A DNA stretch of 43,981 nucleotides from an uncultured Bacilli bacterium (GCA_947629405.1 CANRDL010000005.1:1-43981); one strand, 5' to 3'; positions 28,663 to 39,087 are shown, counted from the stretch's first letter. A program made the numbers and translations. Notes: a model not told the origin generated them from the sequence alone.

Positions 28663-30078
28663 TTAATTTAAATTGTCTTTTATTTTATTTTTAGCTAAAT
28701 AAGTTTTGGCATTTTTCATTAATTTTTTAGAAGCTGTAGGAGACTCTTTTACAATAATTTTAACCCTATCTCCACTTTTTAAATTATAATCTAATGAGAC
28801 TTCTTTACCATTAACTAAAGCTCCCGAAATATTATTACCAATTTCACTATGAATTTTATAGGCAAAATCAACTGGTGTAGCATTTTTAGGTAATTCGATT
28901 ATATCTCCTTTAGGAGTATGAACATAAATATTACTTGTTAAAATTTCCGCTTTTACTTTAGAAATAAATATTTTATTATCATTAATAGATTCATTTAAAA
29001 ATTTAATTGAATCAGGTAAACCAAATTTTTCTTGAAAAACAGTTTGTAAATTAGCATTGTCTTCATAAAAAGCACAAATACCTAAATTAGCAAATCTATT
29101 CATTTCATCAGTTTTAATTTGACATTGAACCATTTTTTCATCAGGGGCAAAAACTTTGGTATGTAAAGACTGATATAAATTAGTTTTTGGTTGAGCAATA
29201 TAATCAGTTATTTTATAAGGAGTATATAAACTATGAATTAAGCCTAAACTCTTATAACAATCTAAAAACTCTTTAACAATAATTTTTAATATTCTCAAAT
29301 TAGTTATATCAGCAAATTTTTTACCATTTTGAAGTTGTTTATAAATTCCATATATATTCTTAAAATCAATTTTAATTTCATTTGGAATATTATAATCTTT
29401 TAATTTAGAAGAAATTTCTGATAACATTTCTTCTAAAATTTTTTTATTTTTAAAAGAACTATTTAAAAGTTTACTTTCAATATCATTATAATCTTTAGGT
29501 TTTAAATACTTTAAAGATAAATCCTCTAATTTATCTTTTAAAACATAAATTCCTAAACTTTTGGCAAGGGGGACGAAAAGTCCTAAGGTTTCCACTGCTT
29601 TTTCTTTTTGTTTGTAAGGGGTTTGATATTCAAGAGTTTGCATATTATTAAGTCTATCAGATAATTTAACAATAATTGATCTTACATCAATGTTTAAACT
29701 ATTAAGTAATTTTCTATTGTTAAAATCTTTTAAGTCCTTTTCTGATTTAAAAGTATCTATATATTTAATTTTTGTTACTCCATCAACAATTTTAGCAACA
29801 TCTTCATTAAATTCCTCTTTAAGTTCATCAAATGTAGCATCTGTATCTTCTAAGGTATCGTGTAACAAAGCAGCACATATAGTATCACAATCGGCATGTA
29901 TTTTAACTAAATTGTAAGCCGTATTTAAAGGATGAACAATATATGGCTCTCCACTTTTGCGATACTGACCATCATGCTTATTTTCCGCAAAAAGATAGGC
30001 TTTGATTAATTTTTTTAATTCTGTTTCATTTTCATTATATTCTTTAAATTTAGTAGTTAAATCAGCAAATGTAATCAT
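28663..30078 (-). CDS. RelA/SpoT homolog, HD + degenerate SYNTH + TGS (471 aa), predicted (p)ppGpp hydrolase only
   Basis: HDGQYRKSGEPYIVHP, ALLHDTLED and VKLSDRLNNM (HD domain); YQSLHT; VHTPKGD...LPKNATPVDFAYKIHSEIG (TGS). Start ATG 30078 has an AAGGAGG RBS. Confidence 0.9.
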   Translation of the reverse strand: MITFADLTTKFKEYNENETELKKLIKAYLFAENKHDGQYRKSGEPYIVHPLNTAYNLVKIHADCDTICAALLHDTLEDTDATFDELKEEFNEDVAKIVDGVTKIKYIDTFKSEKDLKDFNNRKLLNSLNIDVRSIIVKLSDRLNNMQTLEYQTPYKQKEKAVETLGLFVPLAKSLGIYVLKDKLEDLSLKYLKPKDYNDIESKLLNSSFKNKKILEEMLSEISSKLKDYNIPNEIKIDFKNIYGIYKQLQNGKKFADITNLRILKIIVKEFLDCYKSLGLIHSLYTPYKITDYIAQPKTNLYQSLHTKVFAPDEKMVQCQIKTDEMNRFANLGICAFYEDNANLQTVFQEKFGLPDSIKFLNESINDNKIFISKVKAEILTSNIYVHTPKGDIIELPKNATPVDFAYKIHSEIGNNISGALVNGKEVSLDYNLKSGDRVKIIVKESPTASKKLMKNAKTYLAKNKIKDNLN

Positions 30079-30098
30079 ATTTGACCTCCTTTTAATAC

Positions 30099-30130
30099 AA
30101 AAAAACAACAAACAAAAATCAGTTTGCTGT
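30099..30130 (-). terminator. Leader terminator (attenuator) upstream of the RSH
   Basis: ACAGCAAAC-TGATTTTT-GTTTGTTGT stem-loop followed by a T-run, overlapping the leader stop codon. Confidence 0.7.
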
Positions 30131-30172
30131 CCTAATTAATTTTTTTAGACAAGAAAATAACATTTTTACCAT
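30119..30172 (-). CDS. 17-aa leader peptide MVKMLFSCLKKLIRTAN
   Basis: AGGAGG RBS (30184-30179), ATG at 30172, TGA at 30121-30119; lies between the promoter and the RSH start. Confidence 0.65.
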   Translation of the reverse strand: MVKMLFSCLKKLIRTAN

Positions 30173-30198
30173 AATGTACCTCCTGAAATATTTATTAA

Positions 30199-30227
30199 AT
30201 AATAATTCATTTAGAATAAATTGTCAA
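30199..30227 (-). promoter_or_regulatory. sigmaA promoter for the leader/RSH
   Basis: TTGACA (30227-30222), 17 bp, TATTAT (30204-30199). Confidence 0.7.
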
Positions 30228-30236
30228 GATTTTTTA

Positions 30237-30986
30237 TCATTTTCTTTTTTGAATTAAAGATGTAATTTTTAGTTGTAATTTATAAGGGATAAATCGTTGT
30301 AAAAATAATCCTAATTTCATTGATACCCCAGGAACAATTATAAGTTTATTTTTAAGACTTTTTTCAATAGCATATTTAGCAGTATATTCTGGACTTAAAC
30401 CTTTAATTGTAAAATAACCAAAGGCTACTTTACTAAACTCAGTATTTACGGGTCCGGGACACAAAGCCGAAATATGAACATTGCTGTTTTGTTCTTTTAA
30501 TTCTTCATAAATAGCCATCGTCAGTTTTAAGACATAATTTTTAGTAGCATAGTAAGTATTTAAATGAGGCCCAGCTAAAAAGCCAGCTGAAGATGCTACA
30601 TTTAAAATGCGGCCTTTATCTTTTTTTACAAAGTCAAGTAAAAATAATTTAGTTAAAATATGATAAGCTTTAATATTTAAATCAATCATTTCTAATTCTC
30701 TATTTAAATTTGTAACATTAAAAGCGCCGAATAAACCAAAACCAGCATTATTAATTAAAAAATCAATATTACTTTTTTTAGTTTGATTATATAATTTATA
30801 AACATTTTCCTCTTTTGTTAAATCTAATTCAATGATTTCAACCTTAGTTTTTAACTCTTTTTTTAATTTTTCCAATCTTTTTTTACGGCGAGCAACAATT
30901 ATTAAATCATAGTTTTTTTCATTAGCTAAGTATTTAGCCATTTCTAAACCAATGCCTGATGATGCTCCAGTTATAAGTGCTTTCAT
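30237..30986 (-). CDS. Short-chain dehydrogenase/reductase
   Basis: TGASSGIG, LINNAGFG, VASSAG, YYATK (YxxxK), LCPGPV. Confidence 0.93.
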   Translation of the reverse strand: MKALITGASSGIGLEMAKYLANEKNYDLIIVARRKKRLEKLKKELKTKVEIIELDLTKEENVYKLYNQTKKSNIDFLINNAGFGLFGAFNVTNLNRELEMIDLNIKAYHILTKLFLLDFVKKDKGRILNVASSAGFLAGPHLNTYYATKNYVLKLTMAIYEELKEQNSNVHISALCPGPVNTEFSKVAFGYFTIKGLSPEYTAKYAIEKSLKNKLIIVPGVSMKLGLFLQRFIPYKLQLKITSLIQKRK

Positions 30987-32935
30987 TATTTTATTCCTTT
31001 CATTTCAAATAATATATTTCGAAGTTCCATTGCCCTTTCAAAATCTAAATTTTTAGCCGCTAATTTCATTTCTTCTTCTATATTATTCATTAATTTCATT
31101 TGTTCTTTTTTAGATATTTTTGGTTTTTCAATTATTTCTTCATCTTTATTTGAAATTACTTCTCTAATTTCTTTTATAATAGTTTTTGGAGTAATATTAT
31201 GTTCTTTATTATAATTATCTTGAATTTCTCTTCTTCTGGCAGTTTCTGTGATAGCATATTTCATCGCATCACTTATGATATCAGCATACATGATAACATG
31301 TCCTTTACTATTTCTAGCGCATCTACCAATAGTTTGAATTAAACTTCGGCCACTTCTTAAAAAACCTTGTTTATCTGCATCCATTATTGCAATTAATGAT
31401 ACTTCAGGAATATCAATACCTTCTCGAAGCAGATTAATACCTACGACACAGTCATACTTACCAATTCTTAAATCGTGAATTATTTTTAGTCTTTCTAAAG
31501 TTTTTATTTCACTATGAAGGTAAGCGACTTTTATGTCAAATTCTTTTAAATAAGCTGTAAGTTCTTCGGCCATTCTAATAGTAAGGGTTGTAACCAATAC
31601 TCTTTCATTTTTTTCTCTTCGTTCATTAATTTGACCAAGTAAATCATCAATTTGACCATCTGTTTTTTTAACTTCAATTGTGGGATCAAGCAGACCAGTT
31701 GGTCTAATTATCTGTTCAACATATTTATTATCTACATATGCAAGCTCTTCATCACCAGGGGTAGCTGAAACATATATAGCTTGATTAATTTTTTTACGAA
31801 ATTCATCATATTTTAAAGGTCGATTATCTAAAGCAGAAGGAAGACGAAAACCATAATCGACTAAAGTTTGCTTACGAGCCCGATCACCATTAAACATTCC
31901 TCTAACTTGAGGAAGAGTTACATGGGACTCATCAACTACTAATAAATAATCTTTACTAAAAAAGTCCATTAAAGTTGTCGGAGTTTGTCCTTCATCTCTT
32001 AAAGTTAAATGTCTTGAATAATTTTCTATTCCATTACAAAAGCCAGTTTCTTCAAGCATTTCCATATCAAAATTAGTTCTTTCTCGAAGTCTTTGTTCTT
32101 CAATTAATTTGTTTTCCTTATGAAGTTCTTCTAATCTACCTTTAAGCTCTTCTTTGATTCTTCTTATAGCTTCTTCTTTTTTATCTTCACTTACTACAAA
32201 GTGGCTAGCGGGATATATTGATACTGATTTTTTATTTTCCAAAATAGTACCTGTTAAAGGATCAAAAACTGAAAGACGAGATATCTCATCAAATTCCATT
32301 TCGATTCTAATTCCATGCGAATGTTCACCAGAAGGAATTACTTCAATGACATCACCCTTTGAGCGAAAAGTGCCACGATGAAAGTCAAGTTCACTTCGTT
32401 CATAAGTCATATCAACTAAATGAGATAAAATGTCATTCCTTTTTATATTATCGCCCAAACTTAGTATTAACATACTATTTTTATAATCTTCAACTTCTCC
32501 AATATTATAAATACAAGATACAGAAGAAACGACAATGGTATCTCTTCTAGATAAGATTGCCGCAGTTGCAGCATGTCTTAATTCATCTATTTCATCATTG
32601 ATTGATGCATCTTTTTCAATATAGGTATCACTTGAAGGTACATAAGCCTCTGGTTGATAATAATCGTAATATGAAACAAAATATTCCACTTTATTTTCCG
32701 GAAATAATTCTTTTAATTCGGAATATAATTGTCCAGCTAGTGTCTTATTGTGGGCTAAAACAAGGGTTGGTTTATTAACTTTGGCAATCACATTAGCAAT
32801 TGTAAAAGTTTTTCCCGTTCCGGTTGCACCTAGTAAAACTTGATCTTTTTTCCCTTCCTTAATTCCTTTGACTAATTCTTCAATTGCTTTTGGTTGATCG
32901 CCACTTGGTTTATATTTTGAAACTAATTTGAACAT
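30986..32935 (-). CDS. uvrB: Excinuclease ABC subunit B
   Basis: [49 protein letters not shown] and a C-terminal UVR domain. Confidence 0.98.
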   Translation of the reverse strand: MFKLVSKYKPSGDQPKAIEELVKGIKEGKKDQVLLGATGTGKTFTIANVIAKVNKPTLVLAHNKTLAGQLYSELKELFPENKVEYFVSYYDYYQPEAYVPSSDTYIEKDASINDEIDELRHAATAAILSRRDTIVVSSVSCIYNIGEVEDYKNSMLILSLGDNIKRNDILSHLVDMTYERSELDFHRGTFRSKGDVIEVIPSGEHSHGIRIEMEFDEISRLSVFDPLTGTILENKKSVSIYPASHFVVSEDKKEEAIRRIKEELKGRLEELHKENKLIEEQRLRERTNFDMEMLEETGFCNGIENYSRHLTLRDEGQTPTTLMDFFSKDYLLVVDESHVTLPQVRGMFNGDRARKQTLVDYGFRLPSALDNRPLKYDEFRKKINQAIYVSATPGDEELAYVDNKYVEQIIRPTGLLDPTIEVKKTDGQIDDLLGQINERREKNERVLVTTLTIRMAEELTAYLKEFDIKVAYLHSEIKTLERLKIIHDLRIGKYDCVVGINLLREGIDIPEVSLIAIMDADKQGFLRSGRSLIQTIGRCARNSKGHVIMYADIISDAMKYAITETARRREIQDNYNKEHNITPKTIIKEIREVISNKDEEIIEKPKISKKEQMKLMNNIEEEMKLAAKNLDFERAMELRNILFEMKGIK

Positions 32936-33004
32936 AAATTATCTCCTTACTAAATAATATTATAATTTAAATTTTCAAAACTATTCTAACATTCTTCAAA
33001 TAAG

Positions 33005-33031
33005 AAAACAAGGTAACCTCTATACCTTGTT
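33005..33031 (-). terminator. Terminator after the transglutaminase-like gene
   Basis: AACAAGGTA...TACCTTGTT inverted repeat followed by T's. Confidence 0.6.
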
Positions 33032-33050
33032 CATTATGTGTATATCTTGG

Positions 33051-34085
33051 TTAAAAAGTTCTGTATTTTAAATCTTGTTCTTTTATATTATAATTTGTTA
33101 AATTGTACATATTGTCACAAGTAACATCTTTTTCTTTAATAAAAAAGCGACCTTCATCAAGCATAAAATCATCTGATACTAAAAAATATCTATATTTTGA
33201 TGTAGCATCCCAACTTCCTGTATCACTATAAGTAGCATCTAAATGATAATATCTTCCATCTACTTTTACAATATTCCATATATGCCCATTTGTATTATCT
33301 ACAGAACTGAAGCTTTCAATACCTATGTTGTTAAAAATATAATTTAGTATATCTGTATATCCAGCACAATCAGTATAATATTTGCCAAAATTACTTATAG
33401 TTAAATTTACTGTATTTATTGAATTAAAATTATATGCTATATTTTTAATTATATAATCATAAGTTTTTTTAACTTTATAAAATTCAGTATCTTCTTGCTT
33501 TATTATTTTTTTAACAGCTTCTAATAATTTATTTTTAATTTTTTCGTTCTTCTCAATATCTTCTTTTGAACAATTTGAAGCAAAAATATCATTATTTTCA
33601 TTATATTTATCAATTATTTCATTTTTATTTGAATCATAAATACCAAAACGTATAATAAAATCGTGTCCATATTGATTATCTGAAAAATTGCTACGATTAA
33701 TAGTAATTAGGCCATCATTAGGTATTTCAATCCATTTAGAACATTCAAGTGGCTCTGTCCCTTTAATTTCTATCCTATAATGACTACATTTAGATAAACC
33801 TTTAAAAATTTTATACTTATATTCGTTGGAGGCATAATAGGTAAAACCAGATATCGTTGTATAGTTTGGTATAGAATTATCATAAACTATTCTATCTTCA
33901 TATTTAGGTTGATTGCTACCATTATATTGACCATAATAATTTTTATTTTTTTTAAAAATATTATATTCACCAGCTACTATACTTGCGCCTATAATTGAAG
34001 TAGTGACTAAAACTACCGCTACTCTTTTTTTAAAAAATTTAAAGTTGATATTTTTAATCATTTTATGCCTCCAAATATATATCAT
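33051..34085 (-). CDS. Membrane-anchored transglutaminase-like (Cys-His-Asp) protein; likely start ATG 34061
   Basis: YDYIIKNIAY, DCAGY, GHIWNIVKVDGRYYHLDAT, YFLVSD. Confidence 0.85.
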   Translation of the reverse strand: MIYIWRHKMIKNINFKFFKKRVAVVLVTTSIIGASIVAGEYNIFKKNKNYYGQYNGSNQPKYEDRIVYDNSIPNYTTISGFTYYASNEYKYKIFKGLSKCSHYRIEIKGTEPLECSKWIEIPNDGLITINRSNFSDNQYGHDFIIRFGIYDSNKNEIIDKYNENNDIFASNCSKEDIEKNEKIKNKLLEAVKKIIKQEDTEFYKVKKTYDYIIKNIAYNFNSINTVNLTISNFGKYYTDCAGYTDILNYIFNNIGIESFSSVDNTNGHIWNIVKVDGRYYHLDATYSDTGSWDATSKYRYFLVSDDFMLDEGRFFIKEKDVTCDNMYNLTNYNIKEQDLKYRTF

Positions 34086-34116
34086 TATACCATAAAGTGA
34101 TGTTTATTAATAATTA

Positions 34117-34836
34117 TTATAAATTTATATTCGCTTTATTAGCTTGTTTTAATTGATTAGATCTTGAAATTTTATATTTTTTGCCGTTTTTAATAAAATT
34201 TGCTCCCGTTTGTTTAAAATAAAAAGGAATATTATATTTAAGACATTGTTTTCGTGTAGATAAAATCCAATCGTAATTACATGGTCTAGCATTTTTACCA
34301 GATTCTCCCCCACAAGTTATTTTATCTATTTTTTTAGAAACTAAATATTTTTCAATATTAATTTCTTCAAGCATTGGTTCATGAATAATTTCCCTATGTT
34401 TTATCGGAAGTTTTATAAATATTGGTATTCTTTCATCAGCCATTTTTTGATTTTCCACCGTAATACAAATTGTGACATTATCATAACCATCATGCCAATC
34501 ACTGGGAATACAATCATTAAATCTTTCTATTCTTTTAGTAATTATATAAAAATTTAAATCTTTACGAATTTTTATCATATTCCAAATTTCATTTCGCCAT
34601 AAATCTGCTTCTTCAATAAAAAAATCCGAAGTCATACATGTGTATACATACTCATCAGTTTTTAAAAAATAAGTTCCATCTTTATGTTTTTTTATCGCTT
34701 TATTAAAATCATTAGTTTTATAAACAATATTACTATCTTTATCATATAAACTATCTCTTGCAAACATATAGCAATTTAAACATCCTGGACTCTTTTTATG
34801 ACATCCATGCCATGGATTCCAAATCAATTTTTTCAC
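34117..34836 (-). CDS. DUF5131 (Gp37/Gp68-like) protein, radical-SAM-related
   Basis: WNPWHGCHKKSPGCLNCY, SDFF, TKRIER, TVENQ, EPML, GGESG, FYFKQTG. Confidence 0.88.
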   Translation of the reverse strand: MKKLIWNPWHGCHKKSPGCLNCYMFARDSLYDKDSNIVYKTNDFNKAIKKHKDGTYFLKTDEYVYTCMTSDFFIEEADLWRNEIWNMIKIRKDLNFYIITKRIERFNDCIPSDWHDGYDNVTICITVENQKMADERIPIFIKLPIKHREIIHEPMLEEINIEKYLVSKKIDKITCGGESGKNARPCNYDWILSTRKQCLKYNIPFYFKQTGANFIKNGKKYKISRSNQLKQANKANINL

Positions 34837-34865
34837 CTCATAAACTCTTTAATAATAAAAGTATA

Positions 34866-35936
34866 TTATTTTGCTCCTTTAGCATTTTCAATTATGTAAG
34901 ATTCATTTAATATTTCATTATTTGTTGGATATTCATTTTTAGCTATTTTATCCATTATTGAAAAATTATATTCATCAACGATTTTTTTATAATTTTCAAT
35001 TCCAATTGATAAAATTAAATTTCTTAATATTTCCAATGCTTGTTTATTATAACTAGAACTTTTTGATAACTTAGCAATTGTTTGTGTGTAATTAGTAATA
35101 TCACCATATACTTTCGTATATAAGAATGTATAAAAACTTTCAGCATATTTTTCCCACAAAATCAAATTTTTTGCATCATCTTCTAGATAAGACTGAGAAT
35201 AACAATGTTTGTCTTGAGGATATTTTTTTTGTTTAATAAAATCTATTAATAAATCTGATGTCTCGGATCTTATTGCATAATCTTTGCCAATTATTTCCGG
35301 AACTATTTTTAGGTTTAATAAAACACATTCTACCGCTTTCTTTTGATCACCTTTAAAATATATAACATTGTAATTATTTTTTATCTCATCATTTAGTAAG
35401 TTGGAATCTTTTTCATTAACTAATATAATTGCTTCATGAGATAATTTTATATTATCTTTAAAATAAGTATCCTCTGCTCTTACTGCTAATATATTATCAT
35501 CATTTTCATGATATTTAAATGGATCTATTATAACAAATTTTCTTCCTTCAAAATTACCTTGTAGATGCGATGAAACTAAACCATTTAAAGTAAAATGTAT
35601 ACTTGATCGATACGAAGTAGATAATGGCGAAAATTCATGGGCTTTACGAGAAATTTCCTGAGATCTTTTAAATTGTTCTTCATAATCAGTTACATCGGGA
35701 ATAGTTTTATCAAATTCACTATACATAACTTCATAAGGTAAATCATTAAGTTTACAAACAAATGGAACATTAGAAATCGATTTAATATTTCTATTAATTG
35801 GTAGTTCATTTGCCACTCTTACTAAAGCAATATCAGAAGAAGAATAAACTCCTTTTTCTAATTTTTCACTTATTAATTGTTCTTTTAAAACATTGTATTG
35901 TTCAATTAATTTTGGATCATTTGTATCTATTAACAT
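34866..35936 (-). CDS. Hypothetical protein (356 aa)
   Basis: Long ORF with an RBS; enzyme-like core RSSIHFTLNGLVSSHLQGNF...EDTYF; family not recognised. Confidence 0.65.
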   Translation of the reverse strand: MLIDTNDPKLIEQYNVLKEQLISEKLEKGVYSSSDIALVRVANELPINRNIKSISNVPFVCKLNDLPYEVMYSEFDKTIPDVTDYEEQFKRSQEISRKAHEFSPLSTSYRSSIHFTLNGLVSSHLQGNFEGRKFVIIDPFKYHENDDNILAVRAEDTYFKDNIKLSHEAIILVNEKDSNLLNDEIKNNYNVIYFKGDQKKAVECVLLNLKIVPEIIGKDYAIRSETSDLLIDFIKQKKYPQDKHCYSQSYLEDDAKNLILWEKYAESFYTFLYTKVYGDITNYTQTIAKLSKSSSYNKQALEILRNLILSIGIENYKKIVDEYNFSIMDKIAKNEYPTNNEILNESYIIENAKGAK

Positions 35937-36033
35937 ATTATAACCTCTACTCTATTTTGATTATATCACAAAATCATATTTTGTTTAACTTGTTATTATT
36001 TAATTAAAAAAATAGTAATATCTTAAAAAATTA

Positions 36034-36453
36034 CTATTTATTTTTCTTTTTTAATAAATCACGAATTTCTTCAAGTAAGATAATATCCTCAGTTTTTTTG
36101 ACTTCTTCTTTTTTCTCTTTTTTAGCAGTAAACTTATTAATAATTTTAATCATTATAAATATGCAAAAAGCAATAATTAAGAAATCTACTATATTTTGAA
36201 TAAAAGAACCATACATTATTTTAGCATTACCAATTTTAATACTTAAAGAACTAAAATCATGTCCACCAATTATAAGACCAATTGTCGGCATTAAAATGTC
36301 ATTTACAAGTGATGAAACAATTTTACTAAAAGCCCCACCAACAATAACACCAATAGCTAAATCTAAAACATTTCCTCTCATAATAAACTCTTTAAATTCT
36401 GAAGTAAAATTTGTTAAAGATTTTTTAGATTTTTCGATATTTTTCGTTTTCAT
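36034..36453 (-). CDS. mscL: Large-conductance mechanosensitive channel
   Basis: [38 protein letters not shown]...[16 protein letters not shown]...LLEEIRDLL. Confidence 0.97.
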   Translation of the reverse strand: MKTKNIEKSKKSLTNFTSEFKEFIMRGNVLDLAIGVIVGGAFSKIVSSLVNDILMPTIGLIIGGHDFSSLSIKIGNAKIMYGSFIQNIVDFLIIAFCIFIMIKIINKFTAKKEKKEEVKKTEDIILLEEIRDLLKKKNK

Positions 36454-36555
36454 TTAGACCTCCTCTGCCACTACTTTAACATTATTTTTTAAATTGTCAA
36501 GATAATAATCCTAACTTCCTTCTTACTAATTTTTTGTTATCTAATTACTTTAATA

Positions 36556-37692
36556 TTAAATAAATTTATCTAAATTTATATGTTTAACTTTAGATTTGTC
36601 AATATCAACCATATCTTTATTAATACCTAATATCATATTTGGTTCACTATTTATATAACTTTTTGTATATCTTACTATTGTAAATATCTCTTTTTCAATT
36701 AAAGGTTTTATTTTTTCATCTAAAATTGTATGGATTTTTTGCTTAGTATTATAATTATTATAGGTTTTAGCTAAATCTTTAACAGAATATCCACCATTCA
36801 TTGATAACATATATTCTATCATTTGTCGTTCTTCTTTAGTTAAATGGTAAGAGGAATTTTTAACAATATTAGAAATAATATATTCTTTTTCTAATTCTTT
36901 TAATACTTGTTTTAACATATATTTTAAAAACATTGTTATATTCCCTTTTTCTCTTCCTAAAATAATATTATTTTCATATTTATTAGGTGAAAATGCTATT
37001 GCTCTATTAAAAATAATATAAGGATAAACTTTATTATTCAAAAGATACCACATAGCAACAGTCCTACTAGTGCGACCATTAACATCAGGATAAGGGTGAA
37101 TATAAACAAAATAAAAGTGCATTATTTGTGACTTTATAAAAACATCTATATCATTTTTTTCATTTTTATCATTTATAAATTCAAATAATTGATTCATTAA
37201 ATCATTAACTTTATTTTCGTTTACTCCTAAAAATGGTTCAACATCTAATCTTGATTTTTTACATATATAAACTGGCTTGTTACGATAATATTCACCCATT
37301 CTATTGGCAAATTGACCAGTAAGAAGTCCATCACTTAGTAAATTATATAATTCTTTCAAATTATCTTTATTTATTTCTTTATGAGTTAATATGTATTGAT
37401 AACCATGATATAAATTTATAATTCTTTTTCTTTCATAATTAGAAATTTGTTTTTTATTTTTTATAACATCATCAATTAAAGACAAATCATCATTAATACC
37501 TTCTATTGTATTATTTGCTTTAATTTCTTGTGACATCATCATTCTTTTAGCAAAAGAAAGAGTTGACATATACGAACTATCAATACTATTTAAAAAACTA
37601 GTAATTTCATCTTTGTATGGTTCTAGATAATGTTCATTAAAATGTATTTTAGCACCATTTTCTATTTTTAAATCGCAAAATTTTTCTTTTAT
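36556..37692 (-). CDS. Fic family protein; probable start at ATA 37692 (the track ORF starts at 37569)
   Basis: Fic motif HPYPDVNGRTSR, NTIEG, GEYYRN; the frame stays open for 41 more codons up to an ATA 6 nt after GAGGA. Confidence 0.8.
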   Translation of the reverse strand: MKEKFCDLKIENGAKIHFNEHYLEPYKDEITSFLNSIDSSYMSTLSFAKRMMMSQEIKANNTIEGINDDLSLIDDVIKNKKQISNYERKRIINLYHGYQYILTHKEINKDNLKELYNLLSDGLLTGQFANRMGEYYRNKPVYICKKSRLDVEPFLGVNENKVNDLMNQLFEFINDKNEKNDIDVFIKSQIMHFYFVYIHPYPDVNGRTSRTVAMWYLLNNKVYPYIIFNRAIAFSPNKYENNIILGREKGNITMFLKYMLKQVLKELEKEYIISNIVKNSSYHLTKEERQMIEYMLSMNGGYSVKDLAKTYNNYNTKQKIHTILDEKIKPLIEKEIFTIVRYTKSYINSEPNMILGINKDMVDIDKSKVKHINLDKFI

Positions 37693-37694
37693 TA

Positions 37695-39017
37695 TTAATC
37701 CTCTATTTTATTTCTTTTATTTAATTTTTTAACTAAATTTGTAGCATATAATATTTCTTCTTTTGTTAAAGTTCCGTTTTCATTTTCTTTTAATCTAGAA
37801 GTTACTTGGATAACAAATTTTTCATATTCCTGATATAACTGTTTATCTATATTTCTATATAATAAATTTCTATTTTCGGATATTCTAGCTTCCTTTAAAT
37901 CTTCTTTGTTTTCTTGATAAAAACGATTTATTAATGGTAAAGAACTTTTATAGGCAGATTTTTCATAATTAAAAAATTGATTATCAAAAATTTTACCACC
38001 CAAATTTTGAAATATTTTGGTTATTTCTATACTACTTTTTTCATTTATTATTTCTTCAAAAGTAATATCATTTTCATTTTCTAAAAATAATCCTAATTTA
38101 AATAAATAATATTCTTCTTTATTTTCTTTAAATATTGCAAGTAAGCTTGATGTTATGGCATGATTAATTTCATGAATTAAATCATAATCAGATGAAATTA
38201 ATATTGGGAAAGCTACTAAAAAATATTGATCACCAATAGTACTTACAAAAGATACATCTTCAACATTTAAAAAATTCTTCTTAAGATTTTTCATAACTTC
38301 ATCATTTAAATTAAATTCACTTTTTAAACCAATAATTTTCATTTTGTTATGTAATTTTTTGTGGGCATATTCACTAAATTCAGAAAACATTATAATTTTT
38401 TCCTTTATTTTTTCAATATTAAAAATGTCTTCTTTTATTAATTCAATATATTTTATAGCTGACTTAATCTTATATAAGTCTTCATTAGTTAACTCATTTT
38501 TAGAAAAAACTATATTTGCAAATTTATGTTGCTCCCTTTTTTCTAAACTAAAAAAATTATATAAATTACTTTTAGGAAAGTCTGATGTTAATAATCTATT
38601 ATTATTAAATAAATATTTTAATATATTATCTAAACTTTGTTCTTTTTCATTATATGTATTAAATATTCTACCATAATCTAACTGAATTAAATTATTATAA
38701 TTAGTTAATTTTCCCGTTTCAAAATCATATTTTAAATCATTTTTTATTAAGCCTAATATTTTTAAAATTTCTATAGTATTTTCAACACATTCATTTAAAA
38801 TATGAATCATAATTTCATCATAATAATTAATTATAAAATCACTTGTATACCAACAATATATAATGTGATTAAATTTATTTCTAATATATGTCTCATACTT
38901 TTCGCCATAATAAATAACAAATGATTTAATAAGTAGCTCTTTGTTAATATTTAATTTGTTAATATAAGTTTCATTTATTATCCTTTTTAAATTTTTAAAA
39001 TTGGTCATAACCCCCAC
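37695..39017 (-). CDS. Hypothetical protein with HEXXH zincin-like motif
   Basis: LIHEINHAI followed by FEEIINE; cytoplasmic (no signal peptide or TM). Confidence 0.65.
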   Translation of the reverse strand: MGVMTNFKNLKRIINETYINKLNINKELLIKSFVIYYGEKYETYIRNKFNHIIYCWYTSDFIINYYDEIMIHILNECVENTIEILKILGLIKNDLKYDFETGKLTNYNNLIQLDYGRIFNTYNEKEQSLDNILKYLFNNNRLLTSDFPKSNLYNFFSLEKREQHKFANIVFSKNELTNEDLYKIKSAIKYIELIKEDIFNIEKIKEKIIMFSEFSEYAHKKLHNKMKIIGLKSEFNLNDEVMKNLKKNFLNVEDVSFVSTIGDQYFLVAFPILISSDYDLIHEINHAITSSLLAIFKENKEEYYLFKLGLFLENENDITFEEIINEKSSIEITKIFQNLGGKIFDNQFFNYEKSAYKSSLPLINRFYQENKEDLKEARISENRNLLYRNIDKQLYQEYEKFVIQVTSRLKENENGTLTKEEILYATNLVKKLNKRNKIED

Positions 39018-39087
39018 CTGCGAAATATAATAACATATATTTTTTATAAAATAAATAAAATTAATTTTTGACTACAAAAAAAAGAGA

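Noticed and set aside
32936-33050. LexA (GAAC-N4-GTTC) box upstream of uvrB
   Set aside because: No convincing match; the inverted repeat there is a terminator.
34117-34836. Prophage, suggested by the Gp37/Gp68-like gene
   Set aside because: DUF5131 genes often stand alone; no structural, integrase or replication phage genes nearby.
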